Assembly: GCA_034002925.1 (NCBI GenBank)
Contig: JAVEZP010000001.1
Coordinates: 66,523-130,522 of the forward strand
Length of the DNA stretch: 64,000 bases
Direction: 5' to 3'
From: Patescibacteria group bacterium
Lineage (GTDB): Bacteria > Patescibacteriota > Patescibacteriia > Patescibacteriales > UBA12465
Both the position numbers and the translations under genes were made by a program. Of the stretch, positions 39,162 through 48,458 are shown in pieces. The notes under the pieces are model-generated. The model was not told the DNA's origin and searched no databases. It saw only the letters and a program-made list of their open reading frames with translations. The first letter of the stretch is position 1, and each line of letters opens with the position of its first letter.

Positions 39162-39341
39162 TTATTTTAATTCTTTAATTTGCTTTAAAATATTACTAGC
39201 CATATTTTCATCTTGAGCTTTTTTAAATTGATTAATTAAAGCAAGTTTTTGCTGATGTAAAACTGAAAGCTTATTTTCACTGTCTTGAAAAATAATTTCC
39301 AGTTCTTTAATTAATTGTTGCTGATTTTTATTTTTTTTCAT
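39162..39341 (-). CDS. Small (59 aa) coiled-coil ORF directly upstream of the giant coiled-coil gene
   Basis: Hand translation gives MKKNKNQQQLIKELEIIFQDSENKLSVLHQQKLALINQFKKAQDENMASNILKQIKELK. It is below the ORF-track length cut-off. Only 10 nt separate it from the 1373-aa gene. Confidence 0.3.
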   Translation of the reverse strand: MKKNKNQQQLIKELEIIFQDSENKLSVLHQQKLALINQFKKAQDENMASNILKQIKELK

Positions 39342-39421
39342 AAAATCTTATAAACTAATAATAACAAAAAAAATAATTTTTATCCATCTTTACATAGAAA
39401 TAAAGCCGTTAATATAAGCTC

Positions 39422-39450
39422 TTGACAAGCTTTTATAAATCATATAAGAT
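39422..39450 (+). promoter_or_regulatory. Candidate 16S rRNA promoter P1 (TTGACA-N17-TAAGAT)
   Basis: ttgaca at 39422-39427, 17-nt spacer, taagat at 39445-39450, ~230 nt upstream of the 16S. Confidence 0.45.
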
Positions 39451-39551
39451 GTGGTTAACGAAACATAAAAACTGAATAGATTGATGAAAAACAAGGTATT
39501 TATTGTATCTCTGTTTTTTTCTGTCCTATCTGAAAAGCTTTCGTTAGCACT

Positions 39552-39586
39552 TTGACAATTTCAAACTTGGTGAAATAAAGATAAAA
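39552..39586 (+). promoter_or_regulatory. Candidate 16S rRNA promoter P2 (TTGACA with a weaker downstream -10)
   Basis: ttgaca at 39552-39557. Downstream -10 candidates are ataaag and gataaa. Confidence 0.3.
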
Positions 39587-39674
39587 ATTTTGATGCGAAT
39601 CGGCATCAATTCGGATAATAAATTAACCAGAATCTTTTTCATTATTCTTTCGAGAATAATGATCTCTATATTCA

Positions 39675-41157
<1,483 letters not shown>

Positions 41158-41310
41158 AGGGAGTAATTTATTACTAATATTTATTTATCAGTAATAATTA
41201 GTCGACATCTTATTTATAAGATGGATTATGTCGCGAGATATAGTCAAAAACAAAACTATTATTCGAAGAGGTGCCGATTTGACTCAAAATTTTTATCAGT
41301 TTGAAATGCA

Positions 41311-41338
41311 AAAACTACCTAATTAGGTAGTTTTTTGT
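41311..41338 (+). terminator. Rho-independent terminator downstream of the 16S
   Basis: aaactacct-aatt-aggtagttt followed by tttttt. Confidence 0.6.
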
Positions 41339-41349
41339 TTGAAATAACA

Positions 41350-41377
41350 AAAAGAGAGCTTTAGCTCTCTTTTTTAT
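41350..41377. terminator. Bidirectional terminator (trpS 3' end / 16S region)
   Basis: gagagc-ttta-gctctc hairpin flanked by A- and T-runs. Confidence 0.6.
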
Positions 41378-41388
41378 TTTTATCTGTC

Positions 41389-42378
41389 TTAGTTAACACC
41401 AATTACTTGTCTAACTACTTGCATCTTGGCATTAGCAATCTCTTTAGCTCTCACAGCTCCATTGGTTAAAATATTCTGCACTTGTTCATCGGATATCTGA
41501 GAATATTTCTCTTGAAATTCAGTGAGAAATTTAGCTACCACTTCCGCTAAATCTTTTTTAAACTCACCATAACCCTTACCTTGATAGTCTTTCACTAATC
41601 TTTTTATTTGACGATTACCAAGTTGAGCATAGATGGTTAATAGATTAGCTATTGCTGGTCGATTAATAGGGTCATAGTCAATGTCAGAGCCGGAGTCAGT
41701 CACTGCTTTCATGATTTTCTTTTGAGCGACTTCAATATCATCTAAAAGAGAGATGTATGAATTAGGATTGGCATCACTTTTTGACATCTTTTTACTCGGA
41801 TCAAGCAGACTCATAATTCTTGCTCCTTCTTTGCGGATAACTACTTCTGGCACAACAAAGGTCTGAGTAAATTGAGCATTAAATCGTTTAGCAATATCTC
41901 TAGCCAATTCAACATGTTGTTTTTGATCGTCCCCCACCGGCACAGCTTGAGTGTCGTATAATAATATATCAGCCGCCATCAACACAGGATAAGTGAAAAG
42001 ACCAACTGAAACAGCTTCTTTAATTTTTTCTGACTTATCTTTATACTGAGTCATCTTCTTTAAATCAGACATATATGAACCAGCACAACTTAAAACCCAA
42101 GCTAATTCCGTATGAGCACTCACAGTTGATTGTTGAAAAATGATAGATGTATCAGGATTAATACCAGCCGCTAAATAGATTTTAGCTACTTCTATAATTC
42201 TCTTTCTTAATTCAACTGGATCATGTTTAACGGTAATGGCGTGATAATCAACAATTGAAAAAATGCATTCATATTTAGTTTGCATATCTCGCCACTGACT
42301 AATAGCACCAATATAATTACCAATAGTGAGATTACCGCTAGGTTGCACCCCAGAAAAAATTCTTTTTACTTTATCCAT
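41389..42378 (-). CDS. trpS: Tryptophanyl-tRNA synthetase
   Basis: GVQPSGNLTIGNY (HIGH-region equivalent), KMSKS motif (KKMSKSD). 329 aa. Confidence 0.9.
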   Translation of the reverse strand: MDKVKRIFSGVQPSGNLTIGNYIGAISQWRDMQTKYECIFSIVDYHAITVKHDPVELRKRIIEVAKIYLAAGINPDTSIIFQQSTVSAHTELAWVLSCAGSYMSDLKKMTQYKDKSEKIKEAVSVGLFTYPVLMAADILLYDTQAVPVGDDQKQHVELARDIAKRFNAQFTQTFVVPEVVIRKEGARIMSLLDPSKKMSKSDANPNSYISLLDDIEVAQKKIMKAVTDSGSDIDYDPINRPAIANLLTIYAQLGNRQIKRLVKDYQGKGYGEFKKDLAEVVAKFLTEFQEKYSQISDEQVQNILTNGAVRAKEIANAKMQVVRQVIGVN

Positions 42379-42411
42379 ATAAATTTATATTATATTACCA
42401 TTTTACTGTAA

Positions 42412-43638
42412 TTAATCTTTAAAATCAATTTGAGCATAATTTTGACTAACAAAATCCACATCTTTATCGCCCCGACCAGATAAATTCACTACTAAAATTT
42501 TGTCTTTTGCTAAATTAGGACTGATTTTATAGGCATAAGCTAGGGCGTGAGCACTTTCAAGAGCAGGAATAATACCTTCGTAACGAGCAGTCAAAGCAAA
42601 AGCTTCAAGTGCTTCACTATCACTAATAGCCTCATATCTAATTCTTCCTATTTCTTTTAAAAAAGCATGAATTGGTCCTACCCCTGGATAATCAAGACCT
42701 GAAGCAATCGAATAAACGGGAGAAGCTTGATTTTCTTCATCTTGAAGCAGATAGGTCTTCATACCATGAATAATGCCAGAACGACCTAAACTTAAAGTAG
42801 CAGCATGCTGACCAAATTCTAAGCTTTTACCGGCTGGTTCCACTCCTACTAACTCTAGCTCTAATTCATCTAAAAAATCATGGAATAAACCAATAGCATT
42901 AGAACCACCCCCAACACAGGCAATCAACATGTCTACTTTTTTTATATTGTGTTCCCGTAACTGACGTCTTAATTCTCTGCTAATAACACTTTGGAAATAT
43001 GTAACCATGGCAGGATATGGATGGGGACCAACCACAGAACCAATCGCAAAAAAAGCAGATTTATATTCTTGAAGATAAGCGGCAAAGGCACTATCAACTG
43101 CCTCTTTTAATGATTTTCCACCTTGTTTTACAATTATTACTTTTGCTCCTAGTAATCTCATTTTTTTCACATTCTCTGCCTGCTTATTAGCATCTATCTC
43201 ACCCATATAGATATCGCACTCTAAACCAGTGACAGCTGCGGCCGTAGCCAAGGCTACACCATGTTGACCGGCTCCAGTTTCAGCCATTAACTTTTTTTTG
43301 CCCAAACGCTTAGCCAACAAGGCCTCTCCTAAACAATGATTAATTTTATGAGCTCCAGTGTGATTTAAATCTTCACGCTTAAAATATATTTGCGCTCCCC
43401 CTAACTTCTCGCTCATGTTTTTTGCATGATATAGCGGTGATGGTCGACCAACAAAATCTTGAAGCAAAGCTTGATATTCTTGAATAAAGTTTTCATCCGT
43501 CTTAATTTTCGTAAAAGCTTGTTCTATTTCTTGAAAAGTCTCTTTAAGAAATTCGGGCAAAAAAGCGCCACCAAACTCACCATAATATCCTTCTTTATTA
43601 GGAAGATTTTTATAATTTGTATTATTAAAAGTATTCAT
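42412..43638 (-). CDS. trpB: Tryptophan synthase beta chain (PLP-dependent), no trpA neighbour
   Basis: HTGAHKINHCLGEALLAKRLGKKKLMAETGAGQHGVALATAAAVTGLECDIYMG (PLP-lysine region), GGGSNAIG, YPGVGPIHAFL. 408 aa. Confidence 0.9.
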   Translation of the reverse strand: MNTFNNTNYKNLPNKEGYYGEFGGAFLPEFLKETFQEIEQAFTKIKTDENFIQEYQALLQDFVGRPSPLYHAKNMSEKLGGAQIYFKREDLNHTGAHKINHCLGEALLAKRLGKKKLMAETGAGQHGVALATAAAVTGLECDIYMGEIDANKQAENVKKMRLLGAKVIIVKQGGKSLKEAVDSAFAAYLQEYKSAFFAIGSVVGPHPYPAMVTYFQSVISRELRRQLREHNIKKVDMLIACVGGGSNAIGLFHDFLDELELELVGVEPAGKSLEFGQHAATLSLGRSGIIHGMKTYLLQDEENQASPVYSIASGLDYPGVGPIHAFLKEIGRIRYEAISDSEALEAFALTARYEGIIPALESAHALAYAYKISPNLAKDKILVVNLSGRGDKDVDFVSQNYAQIDFKD

Positions 43639-43734
43639 ATATTAATTATTAAATTTATTAAATAGTATGATTAGAAATTAAAAAAACACCAATATTCAGA
43701 AGCTCGATTGTAGAAAAAATAATATTTCATAGAA

Positions 43735-43990
43735 AATAAAAAAATCCCGTCTTTTCTGCCTAATCTAAAATTAAGCAGAAAGGACGGGATTTCCCGCGGT
43801 GCCACCTTTCTTGCTTGCTAAAATAGCAAGCCTCTTTAATGTCTCCGCTTTATAGCGACAACATCTATCCTTTGATTACGGAGGAAGCCGAGCAACCACT
43901 AGCGCAGTCGCCATCCTTGACTCAAGAGTCAACATCTATGCCCAACCCCGAATAAATTCGGGACATAGACCTGGATTTTAAAAATTATTA
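43735..43990 (-). promoter_or_regulatory. T-box riboswitch leader (tRNA-sensing; Trp-type) upstream of trpB-trpS
   Basis: The minus strand reads ...AAAGGUGGCACCGCGGG (T-box consensus AGGGUGGNACCGCG, N=C as expected for a G73 discriminator). A terminator hairpin cccgucc-(loop)-ggacggg plus a U-run follows at 43735-43790. Upstream stem region contains UGG triplets. Confidence 0.75.
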
Positions 43991-44036
43991 AAGTTATAAT
44001 GACAAGGTATCATAATAAAAATTAAAAGTCAAAACT

Positions 44037-44303
44037 ATGAACATGGAAAAATTCACTCTTGATCCTCTACAGGACAAGTTTAATAAAAAACTTGAAAACA
44101 GTGGTATGGAATTTGCTACTGAAAATAAGAACCGTTTTTTAAGCCCAGAAGAATGGTTTGCGAAATATTATAACGAAAAAGGCGATGACGCTATTCCTGA
44201 AAGAATTATTAATGAAATAAACCCCGAAGAATTAGCCTCCCTAAAAGAAAAATATGGGACCAAAAAGCCAGCAGAAGCTGATCAATTAGAAATAAATTTC
44301 TAA
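44037..44303 (+). CDS. Hypothetical small protein (88 aa)
   Basis: ORF with no recognisable domain, immediately upstream of the tRNA cluster. Confidence 0.4.
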   Translation: MNMEKFTLDPLQDKFNKKLENSGMEFATENKNRFLSPEEWFAKYYNEKGDDAIPERIINEINPEELASLKEKYGTKKPAEADQLEINF

Positions 44304-44352
44304 AATTTGACTTAGCTAAAAAATACAACTAAACTATTTTTTAGCTAATTTA

Positions 44353-44423
44353 CGGGGTGTAGTATAACGGTAGTACGCATGCATGGGGTGCATGTAGCCC
44401 GGGTTCAATTCCCGGCACCCCGA
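44353..44423 (+). tRNA. tRNA-Pro (anticodon GGG)
   Basis: Hand-folded. Acceptor cggggtg/caccccg (C1:G72, typical of tRNA-Pro). D stem gta/tac. Anticodon stem catgc/gcatg with loop aUGGGGu (U33, GGG, G37). T arm ccggg-ttcaatt-cccgg. Discriminator A. No encoded CCA. Confidence 0.8.
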
Positions 44424-44432
44424 CATAATGTC

Positions 44433-44505
44433 GGGCTTGTAGCTCATCTGGTAGAGCGCCGCATTCGCATTGCGGAGGCAAGGGGTTCAAGTCCCCTCAA
44501 GTCCA
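44433..44505 (+). tRNA. tRNA-Ala (anticodon CGC)
   Basis: Acceptor gggcttg/caagtcc with the G3:U70 Ala identity pair. D arm gctc/gagc. Anticodon stem ccgca/tgcgg with loop ttCGCat. T arm agggg-ttcaagt-cccct. Confidence 0.85.
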
Positions 44506-44515
44506 CCGCTAATGA

Positions 44516-44587
44516 CGGGCTGTGGTATAAAGGCTATTATACACGCTTCGGGTGCGTGTGATCCCGGTTCAATTCCGGGCAGCCCGA
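44516..44587 (+). tRNA. tRNA-Pro (anticodon CGG)
   Basis: Acceptor cgggctg/cagcccg (C1:G72). Anticodon stem cacgc/gcgtg with loop ttCGGgt (G37). T arm cccgg-ttcaatt-ccggg. Confidence 0.8.
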
Positions 44588-44593
44588 CAGTCT

Positions 44594-44620
44594 AAAATCG
44601 CTAAAAAAGCGATTTTTTTT
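44594..44620 (+). terminator. Rho-independent terminator after the tRNA cluster
   Basis: aaatcgc-taaaaaa-gcgattt followed by ttttttt. Confidence 0.7.
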
Positions 44621-44711
44621 ATGGTTGCTAAAATATCTAATTCTCATTATAATAAAGTCAAGATACAAATATTCCCTATTCCAAGTTTTAGTCTTGGTTG
44701 TTTTAATATTT

Positions 44712-46199
44712 ATGATAGATTTCAAGCAAAAAATAGAAGAGAGCGAACATGATTTACAACTAAATGTTCAACAAGAAGAAGAACAATTGTTAGCAGAAAT
44801 AAAAAAAAGACGTAAATTTAAAAATTACTTAATTGCTATTTTAGCAATTATTTTTATCCTGTCTGGCAAAATAATCATGTCTAGCCAAGGAGTAAGTCAA
44901 TGGTTTAATAATAACCCTTTTTGGGATCGCATCGCTCACTTGACTGAAAATGATGATAATTTACTAAAAGGTGAAAAAGATGATCGTATTAATATCTTGT
45001 TAATTGGCATTGGTGGAGCTGGTCATGATGGCGGCAACTTAGCTGATACTATTATGTTAGCTAGTATTAAGCCATCAACTAAACAAGTAGCTTTGATTTC
45101 TATTCCACGTGATCTCAGTCTGCCTATTGCTGATGGTAGTTGGCGTAAAGTAAATTCTATCCACGCGACAGCTGAAGCAAAAGAAGAAAATAGCGGTGGC
45201 GAAGCTATGATGTCAGTTTTAAGCGCTAATTTAGGCACACCAATTCATTATTTTATCCGCGTTGATTTTCAGGGTTTTATTAAAATTATTGATGAGCTTG
45301 GTGGAGTGGATGTTAATGTAGAAAACACTCTAAATGACTATAGCTACCCAATTATGGGAGAAGAAGATAATCCAGACTATTATGCTCGCTACGAACATCT
45401 CTATATTGAAAAAGGACCTCAACACATGAATGGCAGCCTTGCTTTAAAATATTCTCGTAGTCGTTATGCTAGTGGCATTGAAGGCTCTGATTTTGCTAGA
45501 GCCAGACGTCAACAATTAATCCTATCAGCTGTTAAAGAAAAACTATTATCACGTAACAATCTACTAAAGCCCTTGATGCTTAGTCGTATTATTTCTGAAT
45601 TAAATAAAAACATTAGAACCAACTTAGATATTTGGGAACTACTTAAACTATGGAATGATTATAATAGTATTAAGGCTGAAGATATTATTAGCAAAGTATT
45701 TAATGATGGCCCTGGAGGCTTTTTAATCGCAACCAGAGGAGAGGATGGAGCTTACATCCTCATCCCTCAAACTGGTAATTTTAACCTTATCCAAGCAGAA
45801 GTAAATAATATTTTTGGAGAAATAGAAGTGATAGATGAAAATGCCGAGCAATTAGAACCAATCAATCATGAGCCAGAGTTTAAAATTGATACGATTAACA
45901 AAGAAGTAAAAGTAGCAGTTTTAAATGGCACTTGGATTAGCGGCTTAGCTGCTAGCAATGCTCTCACCTTACAAGAATATGGATTTAAAATTAGCGAGAC
46001 CGCTAATGCACCAACTAGAGAATACAAAAAACCGATTGTGTACGATTTAAGTTATGGCAAAGAAATGAAAGCCTTAGAAATACTTCAAGCTATTAGTGGC
46101 GCCCAACTAGCTTATGATGCTCCTACTTGGCTGGAAACTTATAAAAACAAAAGCGAGACTCCTGATTTTATCTTAATCATAGGTAGTAATAATGAATAA
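44712..46199 (+). CDS. LytR-CpsA-Psr (LCP) family cell-envelope phosphotransferase with a C-terminal LytR_C domain
   Basis: Short cytoplasmic N-terminus, TM (YLIAILAIIFILSG), LCP core (LLIGIGGAGHDGGNLADTIMLASIKPSTKQVALISIPRDL), C-terminal VKVAVLNGTWISGLAASNA. The ORF track starts it at a TTG at 44625, which overlaps the tRNA terminator. The ATG at 44712 is the more plausible start. Confidence 0.8.
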   Translation: MIDFKQKIEESEHDLQLNVQQEEEQLLAEIKKRRKFKNYLIAILAIIFILSGKIIMSSQGVSQWFNNNPFWDRIAHLTENDDNLLKGEKDDRINILLIGIGGAGHDGGNLADTIMLASIKPSTKQVALISIPRDLSLPIADGSWRKVNSIHATAEAKEENSGGEAMMSVLSANLGTPIHYFIRVDFQGFIKIIDELGGVDVNVENTLNDYSYPIMGEEDNPDYYARYEHLYIEKGPQHMNGSLALKYSRSRYASGIEGSDFARARRQQLILSAVKEKLLSRNNLLKPLMLSRIISELNKNIRTNLDIWELLKLWNDYNSIKAEDIISKVFNDGPGGFLIATRGEDGAYILIPQTGNFNLIQAEVNNIFGEIEVIDENAEQLEPINHEPEFKIDTINKEVKVAVLNGTWISGLAASNALTLQEYGFKISETANAPTREYKKPIVYDLSYGKEMKALEILQAISGAQLAYDAPTWLETYKNKSETPDFILIIGSNNE

Positions 46200-46201
46200 A
46201 T

Positions 46202-47599
46202 ATGAAAAATGATGATAAAAAATTGCCCTTAGTAGCAATTTTAGGAAGAACTAATGTGGGCAAATCAACTATCTTTAACCGCTTAACAGAAAAGCGTCAA
46301 GCTTTAATTTCTAATATTGCTGGTACCACTCGAGATGTTAACGAAAACACTGTTCATTGGAATAAAAAGGTATTTCGTCTAGTTGATACTGCTGGTTTAA
46401 TTGATATTGCTCTTTTCCAACAGGAGAAGATAAACAATAAAGACAATAACGTTGATATACTAGCTCAAAAACAAGCATTCAAATATTTTAAAGAAGCTGA
46501 ATTACTATTATTTGTAGTGGATGGTAAAGCAGGTATTATGCCTGAAGATAAAGAATTAGCTAAAGCTATCAGACAAAAACCACAATATCTGAAAAAAACT
46601 TTATTAGTGGTAAATAAATTAGACAGTCGTCGTTTACAATCGGAGGCAGCTGTGTTTAACAGCTTAGGCTTAGGTGAACCTGTAGGCATCTCTGCGCAAA
46701 CAGGTTCGGGCACAGGTGATTTATTAGAAATTGTGCTAAAAAAAATTAAAGCTAAGGCAGATAATAAAATAGATTATGAAAATCATAGTGATGCTAAACT
46801 CTGTATTGTAGGTAAACCTAATGTGGGCAAATCTTCACTTTTAAATTCTTTACTTGGATTTGAAAGAGTAATAATTAGTGATCAGCCTCATACCACTCGA
46901 GAATCTCAAGACATAGAAATTATCCATAAAGAAAAAACCATTCGTTTAATTGACACAGCTGGTATTTCTCGTCACGGACACAAAGGTAAAGGCTTAGAAA
47001 AAGAAGGTATCGCTATCTCTTTAAACTCATTACACAAAGCGGATGTTGCTTTATTAGTGCTTGATGTGAGCGAAGATCTCACCCACCAAGACGCTAAAAT
47101 GATTGAAGAAATAGTTAAAAGACAAAAAAGCTTAATTATTATTGGCAATAAGTGGGATAAAATTGAAAATAAAAGTCAAAAACATTGGCAAATGGAAATA
47201 TATAAAAAACTACCCTTTGCTACTTGGGCGCCTATTATCTTTATTTCTGCTAAAACCGGATCTAAGGTTAATAAAATTTTGGATTTAGCTTTAGAAATTA
47301 GCGAACAAAGAAAAACAGAAGTTAGTGAAACACAATTAAAGAAATTTCTAGCTAGAGTAGTAAAAATTCATTTACCCGCTAAAGGCAAGGGTTTAAAAGC
47401 ACCTCATATTTTTGAAATTACTCAAAATAGAATTAATCCTCCGGTTTTTAGCATTCGCATTGGCTCTCGTGATAATTTACACTTCTCGTACGTTCGTTTT
47501 TTAGAGAATAGATTAAGAGAACAATATCCATTTTTAGGCACCCCTATTCACATGCGTGTTATTAAAAATAAGAAGAAACATGGAGTCAGAGAAACTTAA
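46202..47599 (+). CDS. der: Ribosome-biogenesis GTPase Der (EngA), tandem GTPase domains + KH-like domain
   Basis: Two G domains (GRTNVGKSTIFNRL ... DTAG, GKPNVGKSSLLNSL ... DTAG) and a C-terminal KH-like region. Confidence 0.9.
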   Translation: MKNDDKKLPLVAILGRTNVGKSTIFNRLTEKRQALISNIAGTTRDVNENTVHWNKKVFRLVDTAGLIDIALFQQEKINNKDNNVDILAQKQAFKYFKEAELLLFVVDGKAGIMPEDKELAKAIRQKPQYLKKTLLVVNKLDSRRLQSEAAVFNSLGLGEPVGISAQTGSGTGDLLEIVLKKIKAKADNKIDYENHSDAKLCIVGKPNVGKSSLLNSLLGFERVIISDQPHTTRESQDIEIIHKEKTIRLIDTAGISRHGHKGKGLEKEGIAISLNSLHKADVALLVLDVSEDLTHQDAKMIEEIVKRQKSLIIIGNKWDKIENKSQKHWQMEIYKKLPFATWAPIIFISAKTGSKVNKILDLALEISEQRKTEVSETQLKKFLARVVKIHLPAKGKGLKAPHIFEITQNRINPPVFSIRIGSRDNLHFSYVRFLENRLREQYPFLGTPIHMRVIKNKKKHGVRET

Positions 47600-47673
47600 T
47601 GACCGCTTAGCGGTTATTTTGTTATCGCCATTTTAATATAAATAAGTTATAATAAATATCGAGTTTCAATTTT

Positions 47674-48234
47674 ATGAAAATGATAATTGGTCTTGGTAAT
47701 CCCGGTGAGCGTTTTGATCAAACTAGGCACAATGCTGGTTGGTTGGCTTTAGATTATTTAATTGGAGAAAATAATTGGACATTAGAAAAAAAGTTTAACG
47801 CTCTTATTAAAAAAGAAGGAGGCAACATCTATTTAAAACCTCTCTCTTTTATGAATAAATCTGGAGATAGTGCTTATCAAGCTTTGCGTTATTTTCAATT
47901 ATTAGAACGCAGCTTCGCTTTTTTTCTTAAAAAAGAACAAGACCTAACCCAAACATTAGCCGTGCTTCATGATGATTTAGACTTAGCTTTGGGTGCTTGG
48001 AAAATTAGTCAAGATTCACGTAGTGGTGGCAACAAAGGTGTGCAATCTATTATTAATGTTTTAAAAACACAAAAATTTCAACGTTTACGCTTAGGGATTA
48101 AAACTGAAATGTTAAGAAATCCAATTCCAGCAGAAAAATTTGTTTTACAAAAATTTTCAGACACAGAATTAGCAGAGTTAAAAAAAATTATACCTACTGG
48201 TATAAATGAATTAAAAAAATCCTTTAATTTATAA
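47674..48234 (+). CDS. pth: Peptidyl-tRNA hydrolase
   Basis: MKMIIGLGNPGERFDQTRHNAGW N-terminus and Pth family length. Confidence 0.9.
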   Translation: MKMIIGLGNPGERFDQTRHNAGWLALDYLIGENNWTLEKKFNALIKKEGGNIYLKPLSFMNKSGDSAYQALRYFQLLERSFAFFLKKEQDLTQTLAVLHDDLDLALGAWKISQDSRSGGNKGVQSIINVLKTQKFQRLRLGIKTEMLRNPIPAEKFVLQKFSDTELAELKKIIPTGINELKKSFNL

Positions 48235-48235
48235 A

Positions 48236-48340
48236 AATCCCCTTAGCTGCTTATACAAAAAGTGGACAAGCGCTGAACCTCTAGGAGGAAAGTGGTTGAG
48301 CGCTAATTACTTTTGTACAAGCAACCAAGGGGAGTTTTTA
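48236..48340 (+). terminator. Unusually long (~45 bp arms) imperfect hairpin followed by a T-run, pth terminator and/or small structured RNA
   Basis: tccccttagctgcttatacaaaaagt...acttttgtacaagcaaccaaggggag, with a nested agcgctgaacc/ggttgagcgct helix and an apical loop containing aggagg, then ttttt. Confidence 0.4.
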
Positions 48341-48458
48341 ACTCTTTACTTTATATTAAAGCAGCCTAATTGTCAAGACTATTGCTTGACAGCTATGAGA
48401 TAAATAGTAAACTGAAGATATTATTATTTATGATAATCAGTTTTTATTATCGAAAATT

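Noticed and set aside
41158-41388. Possible 23S/ITS or tRNA immediately after the 16S
   Set aside because: The region contains only two hairpin terminators and then trpS on the opposite strand. No tRNA-like cloverleaf and no 23S 5' sequence.
44379-44752. ORFs 44379..44561+, 44537..44725-, 44552..44752+ overlapping the tRNA cluster and terminator
   Set aside because: They overlap three well-folded tRNAs and their terminator. No coding signal.
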